A stretch of DNA of 64,000 nt from Octopus sinensis (Eukaryota): NCBI RefSeq assembly GCF_006345805.1, contig NC_043021.1:186001-250000 (forward strand), written 5' to 3'. Each line of letters begins with the position of its first letter. The first letter of the stretch is position 1. A model generated the notes under the pieces. The model was not told where the DNA came from, made no database searches, and worked only from the letters and a program-made list of their open reading frames with translations. Below, one piece after another: positions 51,913 to 64,000 of this stretch. The position numbers and the translations under genes were made by a program.

Positions 51913-51963
<51 letters not shown>

Positions 51964-52292
51964 CATACATACATACATACGTACATATATATATATGTGT
52001 GTGTGTGTATATTTATATATATACACACGCACACACACACACATATATATACAGGAGAATGTAGAAGTAGGTATACAGTAAGCATCACATCAATGTTATA
52101 ATACTAAATTCATTAAAATTATTATTAGTTTGCCTCGTTTTGACATTTTCAGTGTCATTAATCATAATAATAAATTTATCATAATTATGATAAAGCATTT
52201 TATCGTAACTTTTAATTTATTTGATAAATGTGCATTGTACGTGTTATCTTTTTTCATAACTGTGTACTTACTCTTGCACATGCACCCACTGT

Positions 52293-52416
<124 letters not shown>

Positions 52417-52524
52417 CGGATAAATTTGAGTTTTCGCAAAAGAAGAATATACAATATCCCATCCCAAAATAAAAGAATGAGAGTATTTTTAAAATTCAAG
52501 AATTGTCAGCTCGATTATGCCTGG

Positions 52525-53110
52525 AAGATAACAGTTTACTGAATACAGCTGCCCCCAGCCTCCAACATGACTTCAAGATGACCCAGAACCTGGCGCATGC
52601 GTCCATCATGTATCCCTTGGAAGATCTTCGAATACTTCCTTGATTTTGGCCACCAGGTTGGCCTTGGTGCTGCAGAAAGAGCGGTCGCATTCCACACATA
52701 GTAATCCACGAGATTACAATTGAAAGCCAGAAATCGTGATCGGGTAGGTCATAGACATTCTCCGATGATCACTTCTGATTCTGTCCAGAATTATGGCAAG
52801 GAGCTGCATTCTGCTGCTACGCATATGGCCTTCCCGCAGCAACCCTCTCCAACCAGGTTTTGACCACAGTCTCCAGCAGCTTCACAAAGCCGAACTGAGC
52901 CTAAGGCTCTGTTCAAAACTGTGGCACCACAGGACGTCATACTCAGGGCGCCTCCTGTATAGCTTGCTGCTGGCCACAGCCTCGTAGTCCCCGTGGCAGC
53001 TGTCCATGTGATGTCTTACAGCCTTTACAGTGTTCACAGAGCATTGGTCAGCAGTCATGATGTCAGCATTTTGATGATCGACGCCAATCATCCTGATACA
53101 GGTAAATCCC
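52525..53110 (-). mobile_element. Degenerate maT/Tc1-mariner superfamily transposase
   Basis: VKLLETVVKTWLERVAAGRPYA*QQNAAPCHNSGQNQK*SSENVYD resembles maT KPW....GRPYVWQQDSAPCH. Confidence 0.75.
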
Positions 53111-54359
53111 TTTTCAAATATTCCAGCGGATTCCACCCCTCCATGTCAGCTAACTTTTTCTCAACTGCAACCTTAATCTTTATGTTCCCCAGCGTCGTTC
53201 ACTATTCACCAATACATTTACGGGAAGAAAGAATACATGAAAAGCATCAGATTTAGCGCGAACACCCCCCCCCCCACACACACACACATACACAGCCTGG
53301 TAGAGAGAGGGGAAGGGAGATTCACAGTTATTTTTTCTCTGTTAATTATTACATCACACCCGTATTTTCAAATCTCTCATTCACACTCATTCATTCATTC
53401 ACACACAAACACACTCGCGCGTCTCTGTGCATGTAAAAATGGATTATTCCCAGCTCCCTGTTATTTATTTATTCACTGTTACTCTAAAGTTTGACACTGA
53501 TACAACAAGCGAATCATGTAGTAAGGTTGAGCTAATATACAAGAATAGCAAAAGGATGAGAAGAAAGAAAAACGAAAAAGAAGAAGAAGAAGAACAACAA
53601 CAACAACAAGAACTGCGACAACAACAACAACCAAGAATGCATATAAGAAAGTAGGGTACGGAGAAAATAGTAGAAAGCATGAAAACGGATGAGAGTAAAA
53701 CACCAATGAAAGACAATGAGGAAAATAAAAAAGAAAATTATACAACCAGCGAAACGGAAATGACGAGCTGTTGAAAACAATGATAGGGAAATGATAAGGA
53801 TGAGCAAAAGAGAAGCTTCGTTGTATGAGTGGATAGCGAAAGTGAAAGTAGGTTGATAGGTTGTGTGTGTAAGTGTAATGGAGGGAAATCTCTGTGAAAC
53901 TCCAATGTGTTTAGATGGTAAATAACTCAGCATTGAAATGTGCTGGCATTGCTCTAGATATTTGTGGTGCTTTAGTGAGATATCAGCCACGATATGAAGA
54001 GGATTCAGAATAGATTGTTGTCGGGATTCTCTGCCATTTTAGTGAACAGATGAACGAGTAGCGGTGACGACAGGTTTTCCGGTTGGGTTGGAAGTGGGGC
54101 AGGTTACATTTTAGTGGAATGGAAGAAGTACTTTGGAACGGTTTACCTACTTATGCGACAGTTCTCTTCCATCTCCTTTTCTCTCCCTTCTCTTTCACGC
54201 CCTCATACCCTTCTCTCTTTCTTTCACTCTCACTCTCTCTCTATCTCTCCCTCTCCCTCTCTCTCTCCTCTCTCTCCTTGTACTTAGCCTTGTATATGCA
54301 GGTTTATACTCATGTTCACACTATCTTTATCTAATTATATAAGTATATATATGTATATA

Positions 54360-54400
<41 letters not shown>

Positions 54401-54444
54401 GTATGTATATATATATATACACATATATATATGTACATACATCA

Positions 54445-54475
<31 letters not shown>

Positions 54476-54805
54476 TCGGTGTGTGGGTGGATGTACGTAC
54501 GTGTGCGCGTGTGTGTGCATGTGTGCCTATGTACTTATAATTATTATATGTATCTACAAATAAAATACACACACAGTGCTTTGTATGTATATGCATTTAT
54601 TGAAATATGCATACACACACACACACACATACATACTCATCCATATTAAGTTGCGCCTGCGTACACAGCATCAGCCTTTGGGGTTATGTAAAAGAAGGCT
54701 CCAGAAAAGTACACATCTAATAATGCAATAAATTAGTCACCTATTCATTAATATTGTTACTTCAGTAGTAGTAGTAGTAGCAGTAGTAGTAGTAGTAGTA
54801 GTAGC

Positions 54806-54845
<40 letters not shown>

Positions 54846-55151
54846 TAGTAGTAGTAGTAGTATAGTGGTGGTGGTAGTATTGGTAGCGGTGGGGCGTAGC
54901 GGCGGTGGGAACGCCGGTGGTGGTGGTTGTGGTCGTGGTGGTGGTCGTGGTGGTGGTCGTGGTGGTGGTCGTGGTGGTGGTGTTTCTCACTTTGGCAGTA
55001 ACAGTGTCGGTTGTAGACAGAGTTTAGCATTGTTAGTTGTTGCGGTCGTCATTCATTGGATGTCGTCCAGGTTGTATATTTCTTTCGCAGATGTGTGTGT
55101 GTGCGAGTGTGTATGTGTGTGCGTGTGTGCATGTCTGTACACGTGTGTTAC

Positions 55152-55226
<75 letters not shown>

Positions 55227-55442
55227 AATTCATACACACATACACACACATACATGTACATACATACATAAGTATATGTACGTATTTGGTTAGGTGTGAA
55301 CGCGTAGGTGTGTCGCTACAATGTATATCTAGGGATTATTAATACATCTCTCTCTCTCTCTGTCTCTCTCTCTTCCCTTCGCTCTCTTTTTCCTCCACTT
55401 TAGCTTTCTCTCTTTCTTCCTCTTCATCTACCTACATATATA

Positions 55443-55490
<48 letters not shown>

Positions 55491-55639
55491 TTATATATAT
55501 ATATATAATATATATATATACATACATAAATACATATATATATATATAATATGTATATATATATGTGTGTGTGTGTGTGGTGTGTGTGGGTATATATGTG
55601 TGTCTCTCTCTTGCACTTTCTCATTGTCAAGGATATTTG

Positions 55640-56100
55640 TAAAGTTTCTTCCTCATCCTCAGGCCTTCATCTGAGGAATTAGATTAAAATGGTGAAAGCA
55701 ACGCGAGATTGTCGTCAAAGACCCTGCAACAAAAGCACATCCATGTGGAGACAACATCAAATTATCTGGTTGCTGAGAGATGCCTAAGTCTCCCTTGGCA
55801 CCTACTTTGAATGTGTAAAGGAGGACAAAGACTACTTTCCACTTAATTGATGCTTCGCTCAAACCATTCCAATACGAGTAGCCGGTTTCGCCGTAGTTGA
55901 CAGGAATCGAAAAGTCCACGTATTACAGGTAACCGGACACCCAGGTGCCAAACGTCAGCATGCATATTCATATGTATATATAGCAAATAGTGAGGGATTA
56001 TCAATCCGGGCAAAATACATTGTAATTTCTCTGTTGACACACTAACAATATTATTTAGATTAGTGCCAGGTATACTTATGGCAGGGTCCAATTGAGTAGA
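55640..56100 (-). mobile_element. Possible decayed PLE 3' end with hammerhead remnant at 55644-55673
   Basis: YGETG-like GIY-YIG remnant; cAGATGA-AGGCCT-gaggatg-AGGaa-GAAAC. Confidence 0.4.
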
Positions 56101-56102
56101 CT

Positions 56103-56885
56103 CCCAGGTTGCTCACACCTTTCCAGAAGCAAGAACGCGTCGAGTGCTCGAGGATGAATTTGGATATGTGCCAAGAAGATGAGTCAAAATTTTTCAAAAG
56201 ACTGATTACACAGGATGAAACCTGGGTTCATCACTATGATCCAGAGATCAAAGCTCAGTCAATGCAGTAGAAGCACCGTGACTCACCTCCTCCAAAGAAG
56301 GCAAGGGTGCAGCCCTCCGCTAGCAAGGTCATGCTCACAGTCTTCTGCGACCAGGACGGGGTAGTGATGACAGATTTCATGGCAAAGGGTACCACAATTA
56401 CAGGAGCCTATTATGCTTCACTTTTGAGGAAATTAAGAGAAGCTATCAAAATCAAGAGGCGGGGCAAGATTAGCAAAGACATCCTCCTCCTGCAGGACAA
56501 CGCTCCGGTCCACAACACGCGTGTCGCCAGATCAGAAGCATAGGCTTGTGGCTATGAACTCCTCCCCCATCCCCCTACTCTCCTCCCCCATCCCCCTACT
56601 CTCCTTGCACCTACTGATTTTCACCTCTTCCTAGCCATGAAGTTGTTTTTGAAAGGAAAGCGTTTCCCAGATGATGCAGCCTTGATTTCTGAAGTCACGT
56701 CGTGGTTGGAGGACCAAGCTGGGGTCTTCTACAAAAACGGTCTCCAGAGCTGCGTCAAACGATAGGAGAAATGCGTAACTCTGGGTGGTTCCTATGTAGA
56801 AAAAGACTAATAACTGTGCCAAGTTTCGTTGCTCTACTGCTATGGGAAGTGGGTCAGAGGCATTACTTATTGAACGCCCCTCGTA
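56103..56885 (+). mobile_element. Mariner (irritans-type TIR), 5'-truncated, D,D34D transposase pseudogene
   Basis: PRLLT, ITQDETWVHHYDPE, LLQDNAPVH, HPPYSP..LAPTDFHLF. Right TIR ttacttattgaacgcccctcg-TA. Confidence 0.93.
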
Positions 56886-57142
56886 TATATATATATATGT
56901 ATGTGAGTGTATGTATATATATGTGTGTGTGTGTCTGTATGTGTGTGTGAGTGTGCGTATGAATATATATATGTATATGCATATGTATGTAAGCATATGG
57001 ATATGAAAGTAAACCGATCAACATACAGACGGATAGTTACATAGGCTATAAGAACAAATAAGCACACGTACACAAATGACGACTGAAAAACATGACCATA
57101 TATATACACACACACTTTACTTCACACAATATGTACGTATGA

Positions 57143-57177
<35 letters not shown>

Positions 57178-57254
57178 TGTATGTATGCATGCATGCATGC
57201 ATGTATGTATGTAAGTATGTATGTGTGTATGTATGCGTTTCTGTGTCTGTGCTT

Positions 57255-57455
57255 GTCCTCCCCACCATCGCTTGACAACCGATGCTGGTCTGTTTATGTC
57301 CCCGTTACTAAGCGGTTTGGTAAAAGAGTCCGATAGAATAAGTACTAGGCTTACAAAGAATAGTTCCTGCGGTCGATTTGTTCGACTAAATGCGGTGCTC
57401 CAGCATGGCTGCAGTCAAATGACTGAAACAAGTAAAAGAATAGAAGAATATACAT
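57255..57455 (+). mobile_element. SINE 3' half following a microsatellite; homologous copy at 60822-61015
   Basis: ccaccatcgcttgacaaccgatg...gcggtgctccagcatggc...agtaaaagaata. Confidence 0.7.
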
Positions 57456-57589
57456 ATATGCGTGTGTATGCCACTGTGTGTGCGTGTGTCTGTGTGTGTA
57501 TGCGCATGTGTGTCAGCTGAGTCACCATTTGCAATTTACAAGCGTGTTGCACTTGGTAGCTTTTACCAAACTTTCCTTCACTTTTCCAG

Positions 57590-57780
57590 GTTGGATCACC
57601 GGAATGTCCATGGCGTGAGAAGCAGAAAGAGCTGCACCGTCAGCAGGTTGCTACTTGTGACAGCAGAGTAAATGAGGCAACGTGAAATGAAGGCATTTGC
57701 TCAGTGACTTAGCGCATCGCTTGGTCAGAATTCGACGACATGATCTTATGATAGCGAGTCGAACATTCCTCCCCAATAAG
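57590..57780 (-). mobile_element. Diverged tRNA-derived SINE
   Basis: Reverse complement resembles the 23624 family (gcgatgcg...tgagcaaa...ttcacgttgc). Confidence 0.5.
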
Positions 57781-58123
57781 ATATGCACCATACATACATA
57801 AATAGATACACACACACGCATATATACATACATACATATATGCATGCCCGCACACACATACGGACATACATACATATATCGATATATATACATACACGCA
57901 CACATATGTACATATATGAATGAATGTATGTAAATATTATGTACGTATATATATATATACATATACATATATACATACGTACATACATACATACATACAT
58001 ACATACATACATACATACATGCATACATACATGCATACATACATACATACATACATACATACATACATACATACATACATACATGCATACATACATACAT
58101 ACATACATACATGCATACATGCA

Positions 58124-58156
<33 letters not shown>

Positions 58157-58359
58157 TAATACATACATATATACATACATACATACATATATACATACTT
58201 ACATACATACATACATACATACATATATACATACATACAGGCACAAGCAAACATCACAAAAACTGATTTTATACATTTTCTGTTTGTTTTTATTTCTAAA
58301 AACGTCTCCCTCCCCTGCATTTAAAGACATTTCCAACAAATTATATACACACACACACA

Positions 58360-58391
<32 letters not shown>

Positions 58392-58896
58392 TACACACAC
58401 CATCATGACATCTATATCCTTCCTTTTATTTTACAACGTCAAGATTATGTTTCTATTGTAACAAGCAAATGATCCGGTCGCCATTTTGGCTAGTGGCAGC
58501 CATTTTAGAATGCTATTGTATTTCCCTCAACACACACATACACACATGTTTTATGCGCATATGTGTGTGTGTGTGGTGTGTGTGTGTGTGTGTGTGTGTA
58601 GAAACAACAATGCGTTTGCGAAGATAAGCTTCTGCAAACAGCGATTATTTTCCAAATACTTCATTTGATTATACTCCAAGATTCATTTACTCACCACCTG
58701 CTCTAATTCTATCTTAACCACCAACACCACCAATTCGCTTCTCCTCTTCCTCTCCTCTCACTCCCAACAATTCCCTCTCTCTGCTTCTTTCTCTCTTCTC
58801 TTCATTCTGCATTTTAGTATTTCTCCAATTTATTTGACTCTCATTCACATTTTCTCTTACTCTCATTCTCTCTTACTCTCATTCTCTCTTACTCTC

Positions 58897-58949
<53 letters not shown>

Positions 58950-59147
58950 CTTTACCTCCTCTACATGCTTTGACACATTCCTTTCCTCTAACCTTCACTC
59001 TCTCGCCTTCCTTCTCTCTCATTCTACCGATCATCATCATCATTCTCTTCCCTCTCGCATTTTTCAATCACCCTTTCACTGTTGTGCACGCCAATGTTCT
59101 TTCTTCTTCTGTCTTCTTTCTTTCTTTCTTTCCTTCTTTCCTTCTTT

Positions 59148-59194
<47 letters not shown>

Positions 59195-59486
59195 AATCTA
59201 TCTATCTACATATATACTATACATGTATATATATATATATGTATATGTATATATATATATGTGTATGTGTGTGTGTGTGTGTGTGTTTATACATATATTT
59301 TTATGTTTCCAGTTTCAGCTCTTGAGCTGTGGCCATGCTGGGGCACCGCCATGTGTAAATATATGTGTGTAAATATATGTGTGTATATATATATATATAT
59401 TTGTTCTGTGTTCAGTTATGATAATAGCAATTTCACATTAATCTCATGGTTTACTCTGTACTTTTGTAGAGTACAAGTTTATCCTA

Positions 59487-60519
59487 CTTAAACAAGAATA
59501 TTGTTGATAGTGACTTCGAAGTTTCGGACAGCTAACTCATCGCCTGATTGCGATAAACTGAAGTTAATCTTGACGTTTTATATATTGTCTAAGCTCACTT
59601 TAAATCTTTCTTGAGTGTGAGGGTTTGAATGGGGTTAAAGTTCGGTCGTAAGGTGAGTTGTGGTGGAAAGGTGTTTTGCAGGGAATTTTATTGATTAAAT
59701 TTGGGGTTATGTTATTGTTTATAATTTATTCATGTGTGTAGAACTTTGTAAGCAGATGTGGATATTTAACTGTGCTACTTTTTTTAGGGCGACACAGGAA
59801 CTATCGAAAGTTTTAGCGGGGTCGGGTTTTATTAGATTTAATCCTTTGCTTTGACGATGTAAGGATCAAACGTTCGATGTTTGTATTTGGAAGGTGGAGG
59901 TTATTAGTCTAGTTAGTCTAGTTGGTATAGAAATTTGTTTAGCTTGTGCTTTGAAATCTCACAAGTTGTTGTGGGTTGGTGTAAAGGTTTTTGGTCTCTA
60001 TTTTTCTCTCTCGGGGTTAATAGTTCTATAAGCAATTTGATTTATATGTAGAAAATTGTAATGTTTATGTTTTATTGAGGCAGAGTTTGTGGGTCATGTG
60101 TTTATAAATATTTCTTCAATTCTGTTTCAAACGTGCGTATTTTATAATATATCATTGCAGGCCTATGGATATATGCGAAAGTGGGGAATTATAAAAAGTG
60201 TGCATATACTCATGCATAAAAATGAGAATAAAATTGAATATCAGGGGAACACACCTGCTTACAAATTTCTTCACGCATGTATAAATTCTAAACAATAGCC
60301 CAACCCCCAAACTTAATCAATAAAGATTCTGCGAAACACTTCTCCATAGCAACCCATCCTAAAACCTAATTACAATTCCACGCAAACCTTCGCATCCAAG
60401 AAAGATTTTAACTCAACAGAGACTATATGAAACCAAGAGTAACTTCAATGCATCGCACTCTGACAATGGGTTAGCTGGCCGAAACGTCAAAATCGATGTC
60501 GATAATATTCTTGTTTAAG
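59487..60519. mobile_element. Old PLE-like remnant with ~270-bp inverted ends, each carrying a hammerhead remnant
   Basis: 59487-59760 is the inverted homolog of 60251-60519 (atcgca..gttagctgNccgaaac..aatattcttgtttaag). Confidence 0.65.
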
Positions 60520-60526
60520 ACTTATG

Positions 60527-60567
<41 letters not shown>

Positions 60568-61047
60568 TGAATGTCTTTATTATAGTTTCAGGTCGCCCCA
60601 GACTTTTAAATCAAATTGGATAGAGGGAAACTATTCGGAAACCCGTCTTCTGACTACCAGTGATTTATGACTTGAACCTTTTCACACAACCGATCATTAT
60701 TGATTCTGTTAAAAGAATATTCATGAAATACACAGCCACTTGTATTGAATAACTTGAATGATCTACGCCGAAACTGACGGAGATCCATTTACTTTAATTA
60801 GGGTATGTATGTGATATTTTGTCCTCACCACCATTTGACAACCGGTGTTGCTTTGTTAGCGACCCCTTATTTAGCGGTTCGGTAAAACAAAGCGAAAGAG
60901 TAAGTATCAGATTTTAAAATAAGTACAGAAGTCAATTTGCTGGGATAAATGCTTTCTGGGCGTTGCTCCAGAATGGCCGCACTGCAATGAGTGAAGTTAG
61001 TAAAAGATAAAAGATATATCCATATTAATATGCACACTTATATATAC

Positions 61048-61085
<38 letters not shown>

Positions 61086-62741
61086 TTCTTTGTAGTTATG
61101 TCTGTATGGTGTAGTATTCCAGGGTGGGCGTCACATGTGGGTGTGAAGCTACTGCCACGCCACCCCCGTTTTTCTTTCTCTTTCCTTTTTCTGAATCTTT
61201 ATTTGTATTTGAATGTTTTTTAATAAATTATCTGTTTACACCATTCACCGACTTTACATTATTGCTCTCCTTCTCGACCCGATCTCTCTTCTTTCTTGTT
61301 TCCTCTCATATATAGGCCCCTATCTTATTGCTGTCTGGTTCTCTGTTTATCTGTTAGCTACGAAATCCAATCGTAGAGTCGAATTGTCAAAAGTAACCTT
61401 ATTAGGTTACTTTTGAGTTACATTAACACTAATCACACCACTGTATTAAATCTACGAGGACCAGGAATGTTTCAGGACGAGTGTAAAAAAAACTTTGACT
61501 CTCTATTCTTCTGACTAATTGTGATGGGAAAAGATAATGAAAGCGGATGTGTGGCTTCAAGTAGAGAAAGGTGAGGAAGGAATGAAGCAAAACGCCAGGA
61601 ATTATGTCAAAGACGTGCAAGAATTCAGAAAGCAGAAGAAACTGCAGCGGTTAGTTGTTATCAGGGGGTTGGAGTTCAGTGGTGTGTTTGTATGAAAGGA
61701 CTGTAAAAGAGTTGAATGGTGTCTGTGCTTTTTATTTTATGCGTGTGACGAAGAGATGAAAAGAGGGTCGAAAGAGCTGAAGGGAAGAAAATACTTAATT
61801 CCGACAAAAGGGAAGAATGTCACAAGAACGGAAGAATCAACAGTTGTTCACAAAAGAGTCGATTAGAGGATGGCACTAGGCAGAAAGAGGACGGTAGGAT
61901 TGACCAATTGATCTCAGATGTTGTGCAACAAGTTTAAAAGGTTTGTAGATGTTGCACATCAAGAAAATACTCGCCAAATCGATTTGTTAACCTGTTTATA
62001 TTCAAGTCACAGCAACCCATTTAATTCAATAAATTACTTTAATTAAGGTAATGTTTGTCTTTCGAGCAAGCTGTCTATTTCTTGGCATCTTTTTAATCTG
62101 TCTATTTCTAGTTAGTTAATAATCTCCCTGTCTGCTTCACTCTCCGTTTATTGATCGACTTATCTACCTATTTGTTGAACTGGGTGTTAACGTGCTCGGC
62201 AAGCTAATAATAACAACTAAATTCCCCTCAAATTTCATTGCTATCGTCTTTGAAATAGAATAAAGCATTAGATAATGTGCATCTTATTTGAAGGAAAAAC
62301 GCAATGATCGCATCTATGACCTGTTGTTAAATACCAGCTACAACAGTTGTTTAACATACCCAGCTAACACACCCTTTTAACACAGCCAATTTCCAAAGAA
62401 TGCTCTCCTTATATAGACCAAGCTTCTATCATTGATAAATTCCCTTGTCTATCTACCCGGATTCAACAGTGTACTGAATTTCAAAGAGAAAGTAAGTCAA
62501 CGAGATATTTCCTATGCTGTCCTTCGTTCCACAAGAAATAGCAGCTAAATATTCCTCAAATACGGAATATATATGTCGGTACTTTCTGTAAGAGATAACT
62601 AGGTTCGGGAGGCGGCGAAACAATATAAACAACATCAACGACAGCAGCAGCAACAGCAACAAGCTAAGCAGGGAACATCGAGAAGACTAATGAGCCGTGT
62701 CCAGTTTTTCACAAAATAAATAACACGCATATGTATATATA

Positions 62742-62900
62742 GGCTTCTTTCAGTTTCCGTCTACCAGATCCAGTCACAAAGCTTTAATCGACCCGAGGCT
62801 ATAGTAGAGGACATTTGCCTAGGGTGCTACAGAGCAGAACTGAACTCAGAACCATGTGGTTGGGAAGCAAGCTTCTTACCACAAAGCCACGCCTGCGACT
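62742..62900 (-). mobile_element. tRNA-derived SINE head
   Basis: gcaggcgtggctttgtggtaagaagcttgcttcccaaccacatggttctgagttcag...ggaaactgaaagaagcc. Confidence 0.85.
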
Positions 62901-62912
62901 ATAAAGTGTGAG

Positions 62913-63032
62913 ATGCTTACAGCATCTAGGTTTTACCGAGCGGTCACCCAACAAAGTACTCAGTTGGCTCGACGTTGCTTAACTTCGGGGATCAAACGAA
63001 AACCGATGCATTTAACATGATATGGCCCAGAA
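62913..63032 (-). pseudogene. Full-length (120 nt) diverged 5S rRNA copy
   Basis: ggccatatca..cgaagttaagcaacgtcgagcc..agtactt..tgggtgaccgc..tgctgta matches metazoan 5S (A box, IE, C box). Stem-breaking substitutions and no T4 terminator. Confidence 0.88.
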
Positions 63033-63195
63033 GTAACAGTGTGACTCAAGGACCTTGAGTCACTCTGTATGTATGTGTGTATGTATGTATATATGTATGT
63101 ATGTATGTATATATGTATGTATGTATGTAGGTATGTATGTGTGTATGTATGTGTGTATGTATGAATGTATGTATATACATACATATAGATAGAAT

Positions 63196-63239
<44 letters not shown>

Positions 63240-63535
63240 GCACACATATAAATACACACACCTGCATATACACGCGTGTGTGTCTAAAATTACAAATATA
63301 CCACAATACCGAGGTTATGAATGAGTGTGTCTAAGGAAATCTTGAACCCTGTCTTTAATATATGTTTAGCGTCACCGAAGAGAATAGAGTTTGTGGTGAG
63401 ACCAGAAAAGCCTTGTCTGGTGGGACTGGCTGCTTATTTCCGCACAGAAGCACAACTAAATACATGTTTATAATCTGTATTGTATAGGGTTTCACCATAC
63501 ATAATTATCATATGTCTCTATATCTCTCTTCTTCT

Positions 63536-63594
<59 letters not shown>

Positions 63595-64000
63595 TTTCTA
63601 CGTGAGTGTATCTATGTGTCTATGTGTGTGTGTGAGAGAGAGCGTAACTATACATTTATCATCAACCACTTACAATCAAGCCATCTTTCTGTTCCATTTT
63701 AGAATAACCAAGAACTGCTTTTATGGATACAACGCCCCGCACTCTCCCTCTCATCCCCCAGCAGACATTCCATTGCCATACAAACATGCAAAGTATCAAT
63801 TAAAATGTGATCAGTCGTCCTATTGACCTTTTAGCTCTAAATTCTACACACTTTACTTGAAACGACACCAGGAATTTTAATGTCCTTAAAGGATACTCAA
63901 AGAGACACTAAGTATAAATCACAGTCAACAGAGACACGTTTGCTCGTCTGTTTAGGTCCATACAGAACGTCAATAAACCACCAGCGACACACCCACAAAA

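Noticed and set aside
57590-57667. 78-nt plus-strand cassette exon (strong acceptor, open frame VGSPECPW..., gtaaat donor)
   Set aside because: It lies within an antisense SINE and is opposite to the only supported gene.
61387-61416. 13-bp perfect hairpin tcaaaagtaacct-tatt-aggttacttttga
   Set aside because: Isolated and AT-rich, with no supporting context.
62913-63032. Functional 5S rRNA gene
   Set aside because: Single dispersed copy with helix-disrupting changes and no oligo-T terminator; kept as a pseudogene or SINE head.

Overview
Eukaryotic, repeat-dominated window, most likely an Octopus-type cephalopod genome (inferred from extreme di/tri/tetranucleotide microsatellite density and tRNA-derived SINEs I recognise as octopus-type). 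The only host gene I can support is one large coding exon (N-terminus, S1-S5 and pore) of a CNGA-type cyclic nucleotide-gated channel on the minus strand. It is present as two ~1.75 kb tandem copies whose coding differences are frameshifting indels only, probably a false duplication. The rest is transposon-derived: a near full-length Tx1/L1-clade LINE (~42.9-48.9 kb), several Penelope-like (PLE) fragments with hammerhead ribozyme motifs, a non-autonomous Helitron nested in a PLE, three mariner relics, a maT relic, MITEs/foldbacks, CR1 and RTE fragments, many SINEs and a diverged 5S rRNA copy. There is a 100-N gap. Nearly all ORFs in the track are microsatellite artefacts. Best leads: a SINE whose 3' tail matches the Tx1 LINE 3' end, possible (TATC)n targeting by that Tx1 family, a near-complete type I hammerhead with a 57-nt stem II, a 5S + tRNA-SINE tandem, and a 161-bp palindrome.
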